Notes: a model not told the origin generated them from the sequence alone. Positions 37,071-48,629 are shown, counted from the first letter of the stretch. The stretch: DNA of 64,000 nucleotides from Vicugna vicugna (GCA_013265495.1 MU062295.1:2297880-2361879); one strand, 5' to 3'. Program-made: numbers and translations.

Positions 37071-39299
37071 GGCCTCCCCAGCACTGCCTCCCCAACCACA
37101 ACACTGATGAGTTTGGAAGGGTGGGCAGGCTTTGCTCCAATTAATGTGTGTACAGTAATGTTAAATGTATTTACTTAAATTTAGGTTAAGGGCTCAAAGT
37201 GATTTCTACAACAATACTAAAGAGAAGCTATCTTTTCTTCTGCCTTACCCCTGAGACAGATCAGTGGTTAGGGATGGGGCTGGCTCTACAACACAGCGGG
37301 GAGCAGAGGTCTCCTCAACCTGCAGCATCATAGCTGGTCCAGGGAGCCCCAAGTGATCAGTCACAGTCTTCTGGGGGTTTCAAGGCAGCTCTACCTCTAG
37401 GTAACATACTCCAGTGTTGGCTTTTCTGCCCTAGTCAGAATGCAAATTTCAGGTTTTTGTAGTGATGTTTATGAACAGAGTCCATATTTATTCAGATCTG
37501 GCACATGGCTAGGACCTTATATGGAAACCAATAACCAAGAGCCTGGAATTCCTATTTTTTTTTTCTACTCCTGTTGCTACTGGGGTCTTTGATCCCCGTC
37601 CTGTTTGATCCAGCAGCAGGAGAGGAGGGGGAGGGGAAGAGGCGGGCAACCTTATCTAACAAGTCGAGGGAGAGAGCACACCTGCCCTCCAGATGCAGGG
37701 AGCTTTTATAAAAGGTAACAACGTATGTAACAAATTTCCCCCCAAATTACAATTCTCAGAGAGAGTGGGTTAGGGAAATAAATTTAGAGAGAAGAGTGGC
37801 AGATGGGATAGATGGATTCAATTAAGGCAAAGAACATCAAACAATTCCAGGGATGCCTCATTTTAATGGAACATGTCATTTTCTCCTCGTTGCCTCCAGG
37901 TAACTCCCAACAACAGACTACGTAGGAAGTAGGATGCACACACAGCGCCTCGACCCCAGCAGGAGTGTAATATCCTCAAATGAGAGAGCTAATATTGCCT
38001 CTTCTCCTATTCTCAGTAATGTGGTGAAACAGCACATGAATCAGACTAAGCGAATGCAGGCTCCATATTTGATGCACATTTCCACAGAACCAGGTGGTAG
38101 TCAAATTAAATAGGTATTTTCCATTGTCAACTCCGTTGAAATGATTTCTTTATTTGGTCTATGGGAGAGTCTCCTTTTTAATTAAACCAACAACTGTCAT
38201 TTTTCTAAGAAAGATAATAAAACAATAATAAAATATTTACACCCCTTTTATCTTCCTAGACATCAATCATGTGGGAAGAAGGTGTTACGCCTTTGTTAGA
38301 CAGTTTTATCACACAGACATTATACTAACATGCTTTAAATTACTGTTTTGCAGGTCAGTTTGTTCCTATTAAGGATGTATAAGATTCTTGTTGTCACTAA
38401 GAATATTTAAGACTATTTGCTATCAAAAAGAATTCAAGTCCGCAATAAATTTCCCATATACATAGTTGATATATAAGTACGGACATGTAAATAATCATAT
38501 ATATGCACCATGTTGACCCAAATATGACTCCCAACTGACTTCAATTTTCATCTAAAGTCAAGTATAAAAGTCCAGTAGTTGAATGAGCAACGTTTTCTTC
38601 ATTCTCTGGCTCCCAGCAGTGTAATTTAATTGACAGCCATGTTATCCATAGTTACGAAGTCATAGGTGGGTTATAGTTTCACAAAGATGGTATTATCTCT
38701 ATAGTTGGAGAACCTGTGGCAGGCTTTGAGTAGAAACTACAATTATACCCTATAACTCTAACTGCAATCATGCATACATGGTCTGATTATTAAACATGCT
38801 ATGTTATCCAAAGTCTTATTTTGTAGAGATGCCAAATCACTTTTAGATTCCAGCCCATACTCTACTAGGTTGCAAACTAAAATCCTCCCAGCTAGAAAGG
38901 AATACTATTTGGGCTGTCATACCATCTTCAGGGTGCGTGCAGAAATAACTTCAACTTGAGAAATGCAGCTAGGGGAGTAAACTCATGTTAAAATAGTGAA
39001 CTGTGGCTTTGTTTCTTCTGCATGTTAGGTGCACTGACTTTTCCGATGATAAACAAGCTTTGATTTTTTTTGGGGGGGGTGGCTTAAAGTGGCTTCCAGG
39101 ACGGGAGACCAAACTTTCTAGAAGCTCAAGTCACTGGCTCCCAGCCCTTGGGCTTGAGTCCCTTCATTACTGTACCCTCCACATACGTCGAGGAAGGTAG
39201 GATGGGAACAGCCACCAGTTTTGTGGCATCACTGTCAGTAAAGACTTTCTTCCAATAGTTACATCATGACCTTGTTGTTGGCGAACTCTCTATAAAGAA

Positions 39300-39366
39300 T
39301 ATATAATTGAAGCATAGTCAGTTTACAATGTTGTGTCAATTTCTGGTGTACAGCACAATGCTTCAG
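39300..39366 (-). mobile_element. Very short L1 3'-terminal fragment lacking a poly(A)
   Basis: AATTGAAGCATAGTCAGTTTACAATGTTGTGTCAATTTCTGGTGTACAGC matches 2338-2385. Confidence 0.8.
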
Positions 39367-39606
39367 GTGATTGAGTTTAAGTAGCAAAAACTCAAGTACC
39401 CAAAGGATAAAGATAAGTTACAAAACTGAGCGTGTGGGAGATACTAGTGTAAACCAGTCCCATAAAGCTGCCAACAAATTTCGAGGATGATACACAATTC
39501 ACAAGAGGCTCAAATGGGGGACAAGAGAACGCTGCTCAGACTTTTTCTTTGTTTAATATAGTAAGGTTTTTTTGTTATTCCATCACTTTCCACCCAAACC
39601 ATTCTG

Positions 39607-39672
39607 TATTGGTTATGTATTGCTATGTAACAAGTTACCTCAAAACTTAACAACTTAAAATGACAAATATTA
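39607..39672 (-). mobile_element. MLT1 LTR terminal fragment
   Basis: TGTATTGGTTATGTATTGCTATGTAACAAGTTACCTCAAAACTTAACAACTTAAAA. Confidence 0.65.
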
Positions 39673-39719
39673 ATGAAAAAGGGGAATGTTCTAACTACAG
39701 AATCTAATTACGTCTACCT

Positions 39720-40560
39720 TTGAGCTCTCTCTCTTTTTTCCCCAAACCCAGCCATACAACATACTCTCCAGTGAGGCACTTTCGCCAGTGTCTCTCATGT
39801 TTGTCTCCTCTTCTCCACCTCCATGGGACCACCAAAGTTCAGGGCTTCATTTTTTTCACACCAGGAATAGGGCAGCACTACTTTTCTTACCAGCTTCCAT
39901 AGTCCAATACATCCTGGACGCCAAGGCCAGAGTAATCTCTCTAAATCACGCTTTCTACTTATCCTTTTTACCGCAGAAAGCCCACTAGTGGCTCCTCTTT
40001 GTCAAACAAAACCCAAACTCTTTAGGCTGCCATCCCATGCCGGCCATAATTGGACCCAGGCCTGACTACAGAAACTCATCGCTCCCAGGCCCCAAATAAT
40101 AACCACTATCCCAGGTAAACCACACTTAACACCCAAACACACCTCATTCATGCTCAGCTTAAAGCCTCTGCTAACACAATTACTCCCCCTTCCCTTTGCA
40201 AGGCCAGTCTTCACCTTACCATTATCAATCCTCCCCCATTTCTAAGATGTGGAGCAGATCCTATCTTCTCTGTGACACATTTTCTGATTACTCCAAACTA
40301 GACTTCAGCTCCTCCCATGGACAGGCACAGCTCTGAGAGAGCATACCATTCATGGCCCAGGCCAGTCACTGGGTACCTGTTGTCTTTTCCAAGGATCTGG
40401 TTAAGTTTCACACCTTCCTTCTTCCTTAGAGACCACCAGACTGCATCTCTGCGAGAGCTGGGCTGGGTCTCATTTGTCTTTCTCTGCTGAGGACGGCTAG
40501 TCCATGACAGGCAATATTTGTTGAAAAGACGGATGGATGGATGGAATGGATGGATGATTG
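39720..40560 (+). mobile_element. L2
   Basis: C/T-rich L2 body ending AATATTTGTTGAA...(GGAT)n tail. Confidence 0.7.
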
Positions 40561-40564
40561 GGTG

Positions 40565-40670
40565 GAAATGTCAAGCACTGTGTCTGGCATATAAGAGGTC
40601 AACAAGAAATAAATATTTGCTAACACCACCAATCCTTAAAATGAGAATTCTCCACTCAGTGACACCTCAG
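40565..40670 (-). mobile_element. MIR fragment
   Basis: AGCACTGTGTCTGGCATATAAG...TCCTTAAAATGAGAAT; strand call uncertain. Confidence 0.4.
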
Positions 40671-41279
40671 CCTTTTAATGGTTCCTATGTAGGAACCGTT
40701 CCAAAGACAGTAAAGGCAAATGAAATTTATCTGGGTCTGACCAAGCCCGTTCACACAAACATTGTATCTGAAGACCAATCCAGAGCTCCTCCTTCATCAC
40801 CCATCCTAACTCTGACTTTGAGGTACAGGACGCCAGGTGCAGGGCCGTTAGGTGGCACAGCCAGGGCAGAATTTAGTCAGTACAGAACAACTCCAAATCC
40901 ATGTGCTTCAGCCATGGGGCAGAAACAGAAGTTGTGAGAACTAAAAGGGTGCTGGCGGAAATGAGGAAAAGATATGGATTGGGGGGTAGTGTCCATATAT
41001 GTTAGGTAATTCCTAGTAAACAAAAGGATTTTTTTTTTAAAGAGAGAGATATTAGATGACCTTTTAAGCCTTTGCTGCAACCCCCTGAGAGGGGAGGGGG
41101 GAATCTCAAAGCATCAAACGTCCAAAATCCAGAGAAAATCTAACGCTTCCTTTCCAGCTGGCCAGAGCAGTTAAACCTGAGGTGAATTCTCCCAAGAATC
41201 AGATTCCTGGCCATGGGTTGCCTGCGCTAATCCGGGCCACTCTTACCTCACAGTGTGGAGCGCTGGAAGCTGCTCCAGG

Positions 41280-42650
41280 GGCTTGGCCCCCCTAGCACTA
41301 TCTTCTGAGAGTGGGTGAATCCGCTCCCCACTATCGTGATCTTGGAGCAAAGTCTACGCAGTGGTTCCCTGAGAGCAGTGGTTCCCTGAGAGCCAGAGAC
41401 ACGCATTGTGCGGAGAATCTGGGGGGACCGCGGCCCTGAGTTTGAGCTTGGAACGCCCGGCACCCGGAGATGATAGGGCAACTCCTCTCGCCCCAAACTC
41501 ACCTGCTTTTTAGAACCACTTCCATCTACCCATTGGTTTCAGCTCCCAAAGGCATCCGCAGAATCCTCTACAGCCCAAGGTCCACCGTGAAAGAGAAGAA
41601 AGGGTGTAGGGAGTGGTGGCGGGGAGGAGAGGTCACCAGGGTCCCCTCCCTGGTTTGGGGCGGTCATCGGAGGAGGTGGGCTGCTCGGCTCCTCCCCACT
41701 AAGCAGGGAGATCCCCGCGGGGGCGCCTCACCGTGGGCGACCGGGACTGGCGAGGGAGGGACGCGCTGGAAGGGCTCAGGCAAAAACTTTCCGTCCTCTA
41801 GCGCAACTCTGATGGGAAGACCACCCTTATTACCACGGTCCCCAGGTAGCGCCGCTCCCAAGTCATCCCCGACCCCCGCCCGCACGCCCGACCCCTCCGA
41901 CCCCCGCTCGCGGCCGCGGGGAGGCCGGCAGTGGCGGCGGCGGCGGCGGCGCCGCAGCATCCCAGCGGCCGGCACGCTGCAGCCTCCGGTCCCGGGCACG
42001 CGGCCCCTCCCCTGGCGGCGCGGCTGCGGGCCTCGGGGCGCCTCTCTGCTGCCTCTGGCGGCCGCGGACGCCGAGAGCCGAGACGAGCCGGGCCGGGAGC
42101 CGAGCGCCGACTCCTCCTCCTCTCTCTCCCCTCCTCCTCCTCCCTCCTCCCATCCCTNNNNNNNNNNNNNNNNNNNNNNNNNNNNNNNNNNNNNNNNNNN
42201 NNNNNNNNNNNNNNNNNNNNNNNNNNNNNNNNNNNNNNNNNNNNNNNNNNNNNNNNNNNNNNNNNNNNNNNNNNNNNNNNNNNNNNNNNNNNNNNNNNNN
42301 NNNNNNNNNNNNNNNNNNNNNNNNNNNNNNNNNNNNNNNNNNNNNNNNNNNNNNNNNNNNNNNNNNNNNNNNNNNNNNNNNNNNNNNNNNNNNNNNNNNN
42401 NNNNNNNNNNNNNNNNNNNNNNNNNNNNNNNNNNNNNNNNNNNNNNNNNNNNNNNNNNNNNNNNNNNNNNNNNNNNNNNNNNNNNNNNNNNNNNNNNNNN
42501 NNNNNNNNNNNNNNNNNNNNNNNNNNNNNNNNNNNNNNNNNNNNNNNNNNNNNNNNNNNNNNNNNNNGCCAGAGCTGTCTGTCTGTCTGTCTGTGCCCGT
42601 TCCCCGTGGCAGCCCGCGGGGTGGGCTTTCACAGCCCCACGGTGTATCCG
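41280..42650 (+). promoter_or_regulatory. CpG-island promoter and probable 5' exon of an unidentified gene
   Basis: Very high GC and CpG density, peaking at 41700-42130; (GGC)6; 5'UTR-like GC-rich then (CTC)n sequence; N block 42158-42567 interrupts it. Confidence 0.85.
41933..41950 (+). repeat. (GGC)6 trinucleotide tract
   Basis: GGCGGCGGCGGCGGCGGC read directly. Confidence 0.95.
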
Positions 42651-45279
42651 TTTAAAAGGCTACTCTGTTGCTGCTTGCATAGTTTTTTTTGGTACCTATC
42701 TGGGCCAGGTAGATGGAAATCCGGACTTGGGAGAAAATGTTGCATTGTCAATTTTTGAAAGATTTTCATATCCAGTATTTATATCGATTTGTTTGCAAAT
42801 AAACACTCTCCCTCCCCCCCCCCCGACTTTGGCTTCCCCCCTCCTTTTTNNNNNNNNNNNNNNNNNNNNNNNNNNNNNNNNNNNNNNNNNNNNNNNNNNN
42901 NNNNNNNNNNNNNNNNNNNNNNNNNNNNNNNNNNNNNNNNNNNNNNNNNNNNNNNNNNNNNNNNNNNNNNNNNNNNNNNNNNNNNNNNNNNNNNNNNNNN
43001 NNNNNNNNNNNNNNNNNNNNNNNNNNNNNNNNNNNNNNNNNNNNNNNNNNNNNNNNNNNNNNNNNNNNNNNNNNNNNNNNNNNNNNNNNNNNNNNNNNNN
43101 NNNNNNNNNNNNNNNNNNNNNNNNNNNNNNNNNNNNNNNNNNNNNNNNNNNNNNNNNNNCTGTTGAAGGCAGAAGTTTCCTGCACTTCAGCTGGAGTCCA
43201 CGTTTGGACCTTCGGATGCACATCTGCCATTGGCCTTTGGAGCGTTATTGCCAAATGATGTGGGGCCGAAATCTCTGAAATGAGGTGCAGGGCTTCCTCC
43301 ACAAGCATCCCAGGCTTCCTTGTGGGTGAATACACAACAGCTCAAGGAACCACACATGATCAGTCATTCCAGCAGCTACTTCTCCACTCTCCACAGAAAA
43401 TCATGGTACATGGCAAACCTTTGCAGCAAGTTCCACTTGACCCACTTTGTGTTTGGTCACAGATTATTATGTGGGGAGCAGTGTTAGGGGTGTCTGTGTT
43501 TGCAGTACCCCCAGCCGGTCACCCGTCTCTGTTTCCCCAGCCTGGAAAAACTGTACCTGAAATGGGACACAGTGACTAGATAGGTCATCCCAGGCTGAGG
43601 CATGCAAGTGAAGCCACAGCATGCTGGAACTGGACATCAAACACATATGGTCATCATAAATAAATCATATCCTGTTCGCCTTTGCAAGCCTGCCATATGT
43701 AACTCTGGCCTAGGGGCTTCACATGGAGCAACTCCAGAGGCCACTTGCTGCTGAACAGATAGATGGGTTCGTTTGAATTGTGATTTACTGACCGATGTCT
43801 TGTAAACGCAGTTGGCTGAAATTGTGGTGGGCGGAGGTGCCGGGGCAGAGAAGGTTGGCGGGAAGTGTTGCAAGAGTTCAGCCATAACTAGGCCATAGGA
43901 GCCAGGCTCCTCGAAAATGAATGGAGAAAAGGCCGTTAGATGCTGAGGAATGGTCTCGCTGGAGAACTGGGATGTACCCCAGTAAGGCAGCGGAATCCTG
44001 CTTGAAAAAATGGAATTCATTTTGTGGCTTGACACCTCAGACAGTTGGTTTTCTATGCCCCATCATATCCTGACCATCCAGTGAGAGGAAAACTTGTGCT
44101 TCAGAAAAAATGACATGGAGGTTGAAATGCATGCATATTCAAGGACGGCTCTCTAGCGTGGTTTCTGCTAATTAAGCACTTTGATTGGGAATGAAAGCTT
44201 ATTCTAAAGATGTTTGCCTCTAAATATCTTCATGTGATCTTGACATGTGTCTTTAGGATGCACAAGGGGATGGTGTCAAGTGGACTTGTTACCAGTGGCA
44301 GCTTATTTGTGCTAGATGTCTATGCATGTTGGCATTGGAAAGTGTCGCTAGAGATTGTCTTCACAAACTCTTGAGATCTTTAGAGGCTTATGGGACTCAG
44401 TTACCAGACCACTAGCAGTGAAAAGGTTTCCACGAAAGAAGACGAGGTTGTGAAAACCTTTAAAGTTGAATAAAGGTCATGGTCTGGCCCAGAATTGGCA
44501 CCTCTCAGGCCTGATTGATAGATGATGTCTGTAGCACACCAAACCCAAATCCCACATCCTCCTCCCGGCTTCTATTTCAAAAGATTCTGATTCTCAGAGT
44601 CTTTTTGCCTCATGAGAAATAAATTCTTTTAAGGAAAAAAATGCAAAGCTCTCCTTTCTTCAGAAGTCACAAGTGACATCCTACTTATTGTATCCTTTGT
44701 CCTGTAAAGGTACAAAGATTTAGCTCTTAATTATATACATTTACATTAAGGACCCCCACTGTTCAGTAAAACCTGCAGTTGCTGAGTTCACCAAATAGCC
44801 ATGTATGGGCTGAAATCTCTTTGTTTGTGGGCCTGGTGGAGCAGACCTGGGTTAGCAATTCCTGAAGGTCTTCCTGGTAGGTACATACAGTTTTCTTTAT
44901 GGATAGAGTATACATGTGCTAAATACATATCTCCTCCCTATAGTGAGTTTAAGGGTTGAGCTGAAACTCGATGTCAGGGCGTTTGGTTGCCAGGATCCCC
45001 AGAAACACTGCTTGCTTTAGTCTTGCCATTGGCCTTCTTGTTGGAGTCGTCATGTGGGATGTCTCAGGATGGATACATATGTCTGGATGGGTCTCTGCAG
45101 GACTCAGCATGGCCTGGGTGTGATTGTGTTTCTCCATATGTGTGGATATACGTAGATTGACCTGATATCATTGGTAGTAAGCAGGTCTTGAGAAAAGATT
45201 CGTGCTTTAATAGCAGTGAACGAATAAAACTTAGGAATTCCAATTAAGAAATGAAGGTATATGATTCAGATTTTGATTT

Positions 45280-45900
45280 TTTTTATTGTGGTAAAATAAA
45301 CATAACAAAGTGTTACCATGTTAACCATTTTAAAGTATGCAATTCACTGATACTAAGTATGTTCACAGTATTGTACAACCATCAGCCCTGTCCATTTTCT
45401 GAACTTTTTCTTCATCCCAACCAGAAACTCTGTCCCCATTATACACTAATTTCTCATTCCCCTTCTCCTAGGGCTGAGCATGGGTAACACCATTCTGTTT
45501 TCTGTCTTTATGAAGTTGCCTATTCTAGATACTGTATATTTGCAGTATTTNNNNNNNNNNNNNNNNNNNNNNNNNNNNNNNNNNNNNNNNNNNNNNNNNN
45601 NNNNNNNNNNNNNNNNNNNNNNNNNNNNNNNNNNNNNNNNNNNNNNNNNNNNNNNNNNNNNNNNNNNNNNNNNNNNNNNNNNNNNNNNNNNNNNNNNNNN
45701 TGTTGTTGTTAGGGGGGAGATAATTAGGTTTACTTATTTATTTATTCTTAGAGGAAGTACTGGGGATTGAACCCAGGACCTCATGCATACTAAGCATGTA
45801 CTCTACCACTTGAGCTATACCCTCCCCCCTCTATCCATCTTTTGATAGCCATTTGATTCGTTTATACCTTTTGACTATAGTGAAGAATGCTGCTATGAAC
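45280..45900 (-). mobile_element. L1MB-type 3' end with a nested SINE
   Basis: TTTTATTGTGGTAAAATAAACATAACAAAG...; resumes at CTATCCATCTTTTGATAG after the SINE; N block 45551-45700. Confidence 0.85.
45701..45829 (-). mobile_element. tRNA-derived SINE, camelid type
   Basis: Reverse complement GGGGGAGGGTATAGCTCAAGTGGTAGAG...GGTTCAATCCCCAGTACTTCC; A box 45806-45817, B box 45764-45773. Confidence 0.85.
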
Positions 45901-46259
45901 ATTGTGATATGATTTATTTTATAGACTAAGCTCAGAGAAGAAAAGTTAGACGGGAAAAGTGAAAAAAGAATCATTTTGCCTTCTGCCTTCATCTGGCCAC
46001 AGTTTCAGAAAATACAGGAAAGTCTTGCAGACTTTTGAATAATCTGTAATAAATTTCCTTCTCCAGTCTTTTTACCTTTTTCTACTTCAGTTCTCCACCT
46101 ATATCAATATGGAATATTAACTGAATACTTTGAAATTTCTGTAATAAAGTCATCACATCCATTTTACTATTTCATCCAAAGTTAGCTAAAATTATGGTCA
46201 AAAGGAATTTGGCAAATACTTTTGAACCCTGGCAGATCATTACCTGGGTTCAGAGGTGT

Positions 46260-46430
46260 TGCTAATTCCATGCTTGGACGTGGTCGGCCTGCAGCAGTGG
46301 AAAAGCTTTGAGTCTGCTCCCTAAATTCCTGTATATGACCTTGGGAACATCACTTCCCTTGTCTGGGCCTGTTCTCTTGCTTGTAAAGTAAGGGGGTGGA
46401 TTAAACATCTCCTGAGGTCCCTTGGAGACC
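46260..46430 (+). mobile_element. MIR
   Basis: ATGACCTTGGGAACATCACTTCCCTTGTCTGGGCCTG. Confidence 0.65.
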
Positions 46431-47029
46431 TCTGAACTTAAGTTTCTCTATTGAATGTACCTACATTTTGAGATACAGTCATTTAGACAGGCTCTTTTTG
46501 AGGAAACTTTAAAAAAAAAAAAAAGGCAAGCTCTCACATTAAAAATATCTTTACTACATACTGGGTTTGTTTTCTCCTTGTATAATCTCTTGATGGCAAA
46601 AATCACTGCATCTCATACAGAAGCATATTCTGCTACAAATAGTTTGTGACTGGTATGTGGCCTTTAGGCCTCTGGGAAAACGGAGGGTCTTAGTCCAAAA
46701 CCCAGGGTGATGTGTTCCCGGTAGTGGAGTGGGGGTTGACCTCAGTCAGCCTGGACCTCTCAGGCACTGAGATTTCCTAAGAGGAGGGGTCTCAGAAACC
46801 TGATTATTCTAAAATAAGATGTGAACTGCAGTTACAATAGAGAATTCCAAGGAAGGCCATTCATCTAGCTAACCTTTTAAAATAATCTTTTCTCTCTAGC
46901 TTCAAAGATTTATCTGCAGGCTTTTTTCAAGCTAATTGGGGGAAAGCTCTGTGATTTAAAACGGTACCTCCTTATTCTAATTGCCTCACCTGAACTTTTT
47001 TCTTAAGAATGTCAATTCATAAATAAGGA

Positions 47030-47160
47030 CCAGGTGCACATGGCTCATAAGTGTCCTGAACTATATAAGGAGATAATAACAGGGTTGTTGTGAGGATTAA
47101 CTGAGATAATACGAAAGGGCTTAGCACATAGTAAGCGCTTAATGATTATGTACCTTTATT
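47030..47160 (+). mobile_element. MIR 3' half
   Basis: AGGGTTGTTGTGAGGATTAACTGAGATAAT...CACATAGTAAGCGCT. Confidence 0.8.
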
Positions 47161-48629
47161 GGTTTTTTAAATCTTTTTGTGATTATCATCATCATGAATT
47201 AATGAAGCTAGTTCTAGAAAATTTATTATAATTAACTAGGATTTTTAACTATTCAGTGATGAACAGAAAAGACATACTCAGTCAGAAATTTCATTTTTAG
47301 AGTAAACCATGTTATCATAATTTTATAAAGCTAATGATTTTTTAAAAACGGATTTTTATCCATATTTTTAATGGAGTGCCTTTAAATTGTAGTCATGGAT
47401 AAGTTTTATCAAGAGCTAGGGAAAAATACTTTGGCAGTTTGGGGCTTATGGCTAATGGGTTTACAAAGTTCTTTCTGAGAACTGGGAGGTCTGAAAAATA
47501 ATTTCCAAAATAATCGATGCATTGTTTTATCTGATCAGTGAGGACAGAAAGTTCTTAACAGACCATCCATTGGATCTTTTGGAAGCCTACCCGAGTTACT
47601 TCAGGCATTTGTCTGTGTTTCAGTGTTCCTAGGTGTTTTGATTTGATGTAGGTAAACTTGTGGAACGCTTCCAATTTGAGAAGTGTTCTGGGGCTAGTAA
47701 GATCTTGCTGTGACTCCTGAAATGCTAAGAGTTTGCTGTTCTCCTGAAATGCTGGTGGAGTCAGGCTGGAACACAGGAGGAAGCAGGGAACGTGGCAACG
47801 TGTTCAGTTCAGGTTTAGGAGTCTTGCAGTTATGGCTGGATGGGGCAAATGGGAGAAAAGATGGCAGCCGACCTAGTAAGAACGAAACGTTCTTAGAAGC
47901 CAAGCAAGGGCAGCCAGAGACAAGTGGTGGAGATTTATGGGAACCTGTGGACGGCTCTCCTTTATCATTATACAGACAACTCTGTTATCTATGCTAATAG
48001 GAGATTGGAAGACACCAAGTCCACAGGTTACACCGATAAACCTCGTTTTCGCCATTAATTTCAACTTCTTTCTCCAAGAAGCCCACCATCCTCTCCTTTT
48101 ACTAATAAGTGGCAACATTTGTTCACTTTGGCGTTTCATTATCTTCTCCCTTCTCTTGTCCAGCGCTTGGGATGAAAGGACAGGGGAGACAGAGTGGCCT
48201 CAAGGTGGTAGGGACAAAAGATAAAAAGGAAAAGGAGGAGAAGGGCTTGAAGAATGAGTCAGCTTCACAGTTGCTTCCAGCCGACAGAGAAGGGGGAGCG
48301 GTGTGACCGAGACAGCGAAGCTGAGAGAGGGCATTTCCAGCCCCATCTAGTTTTGAAAATACAAAGCCTCTAAAATGAGTACCTCTTTACACATACAAGC
48401 ATTTCTTGTGTCTGGGGTCTCATGGGGAGAAAATGTGGCTCTGGCTCCTCCCAAAGCAGGAAGTTGGGTGGGGAGGGGCAGGCTTTGAAACCCTGTATGT
48501 GATATTCCCTTCTCGGCACTGTTACCCTGTGCTGGATTCTTGTCCTGTGTCAGTCTACAGGAATGATGCTTTGATCTCTGGAAGATGTAGATTGTTACTC
48601 TCTCTCCCCACCCCCCTCATTTAAATGCT

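Noticed and set aside
37703-37714. Palindromic double TATA CTTTTATAAAAG
   Set aside because: The same 12-mer occurs in the MLT1A LTR near 34074; short AT-rich palindromes are common
39367-39560. Possible NUMT or foreign insert after the L1 fragment
   Set aside because: No recognisable mitochondrial or viral sequence; a BLAST search would be needed
42046-42066. CTCF-like motif (minus strand CCGCCAGAGGCAGC)
   Set aside because: One G short of the core spacing; GC-rich context gives many near matches
41280-42650. Naming the island gene
   Set aside because: The visible 5' sequence is not one I can reliably recognise and no coding sequence is exposed
41931-42758. GTG-initiated poly-Ala ORF
   Set aside because: Simple translation of the GGC tract, then runs through Ns; no support as a CDS
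41470-43278. 602-aa ORF and overlapping long ORFs on both strands at the island
   Set aside because: Length comes from N blocks and stop-poor GC-rich sequence; low-complexity R/P/G/A peptide with no recognisable domain
45701-45829. Possible tRNA gene (also 62063-62166)
   Set aside because: A/B boxes present but followed by SINE body and AT-rich tail; no intact cloverleaf
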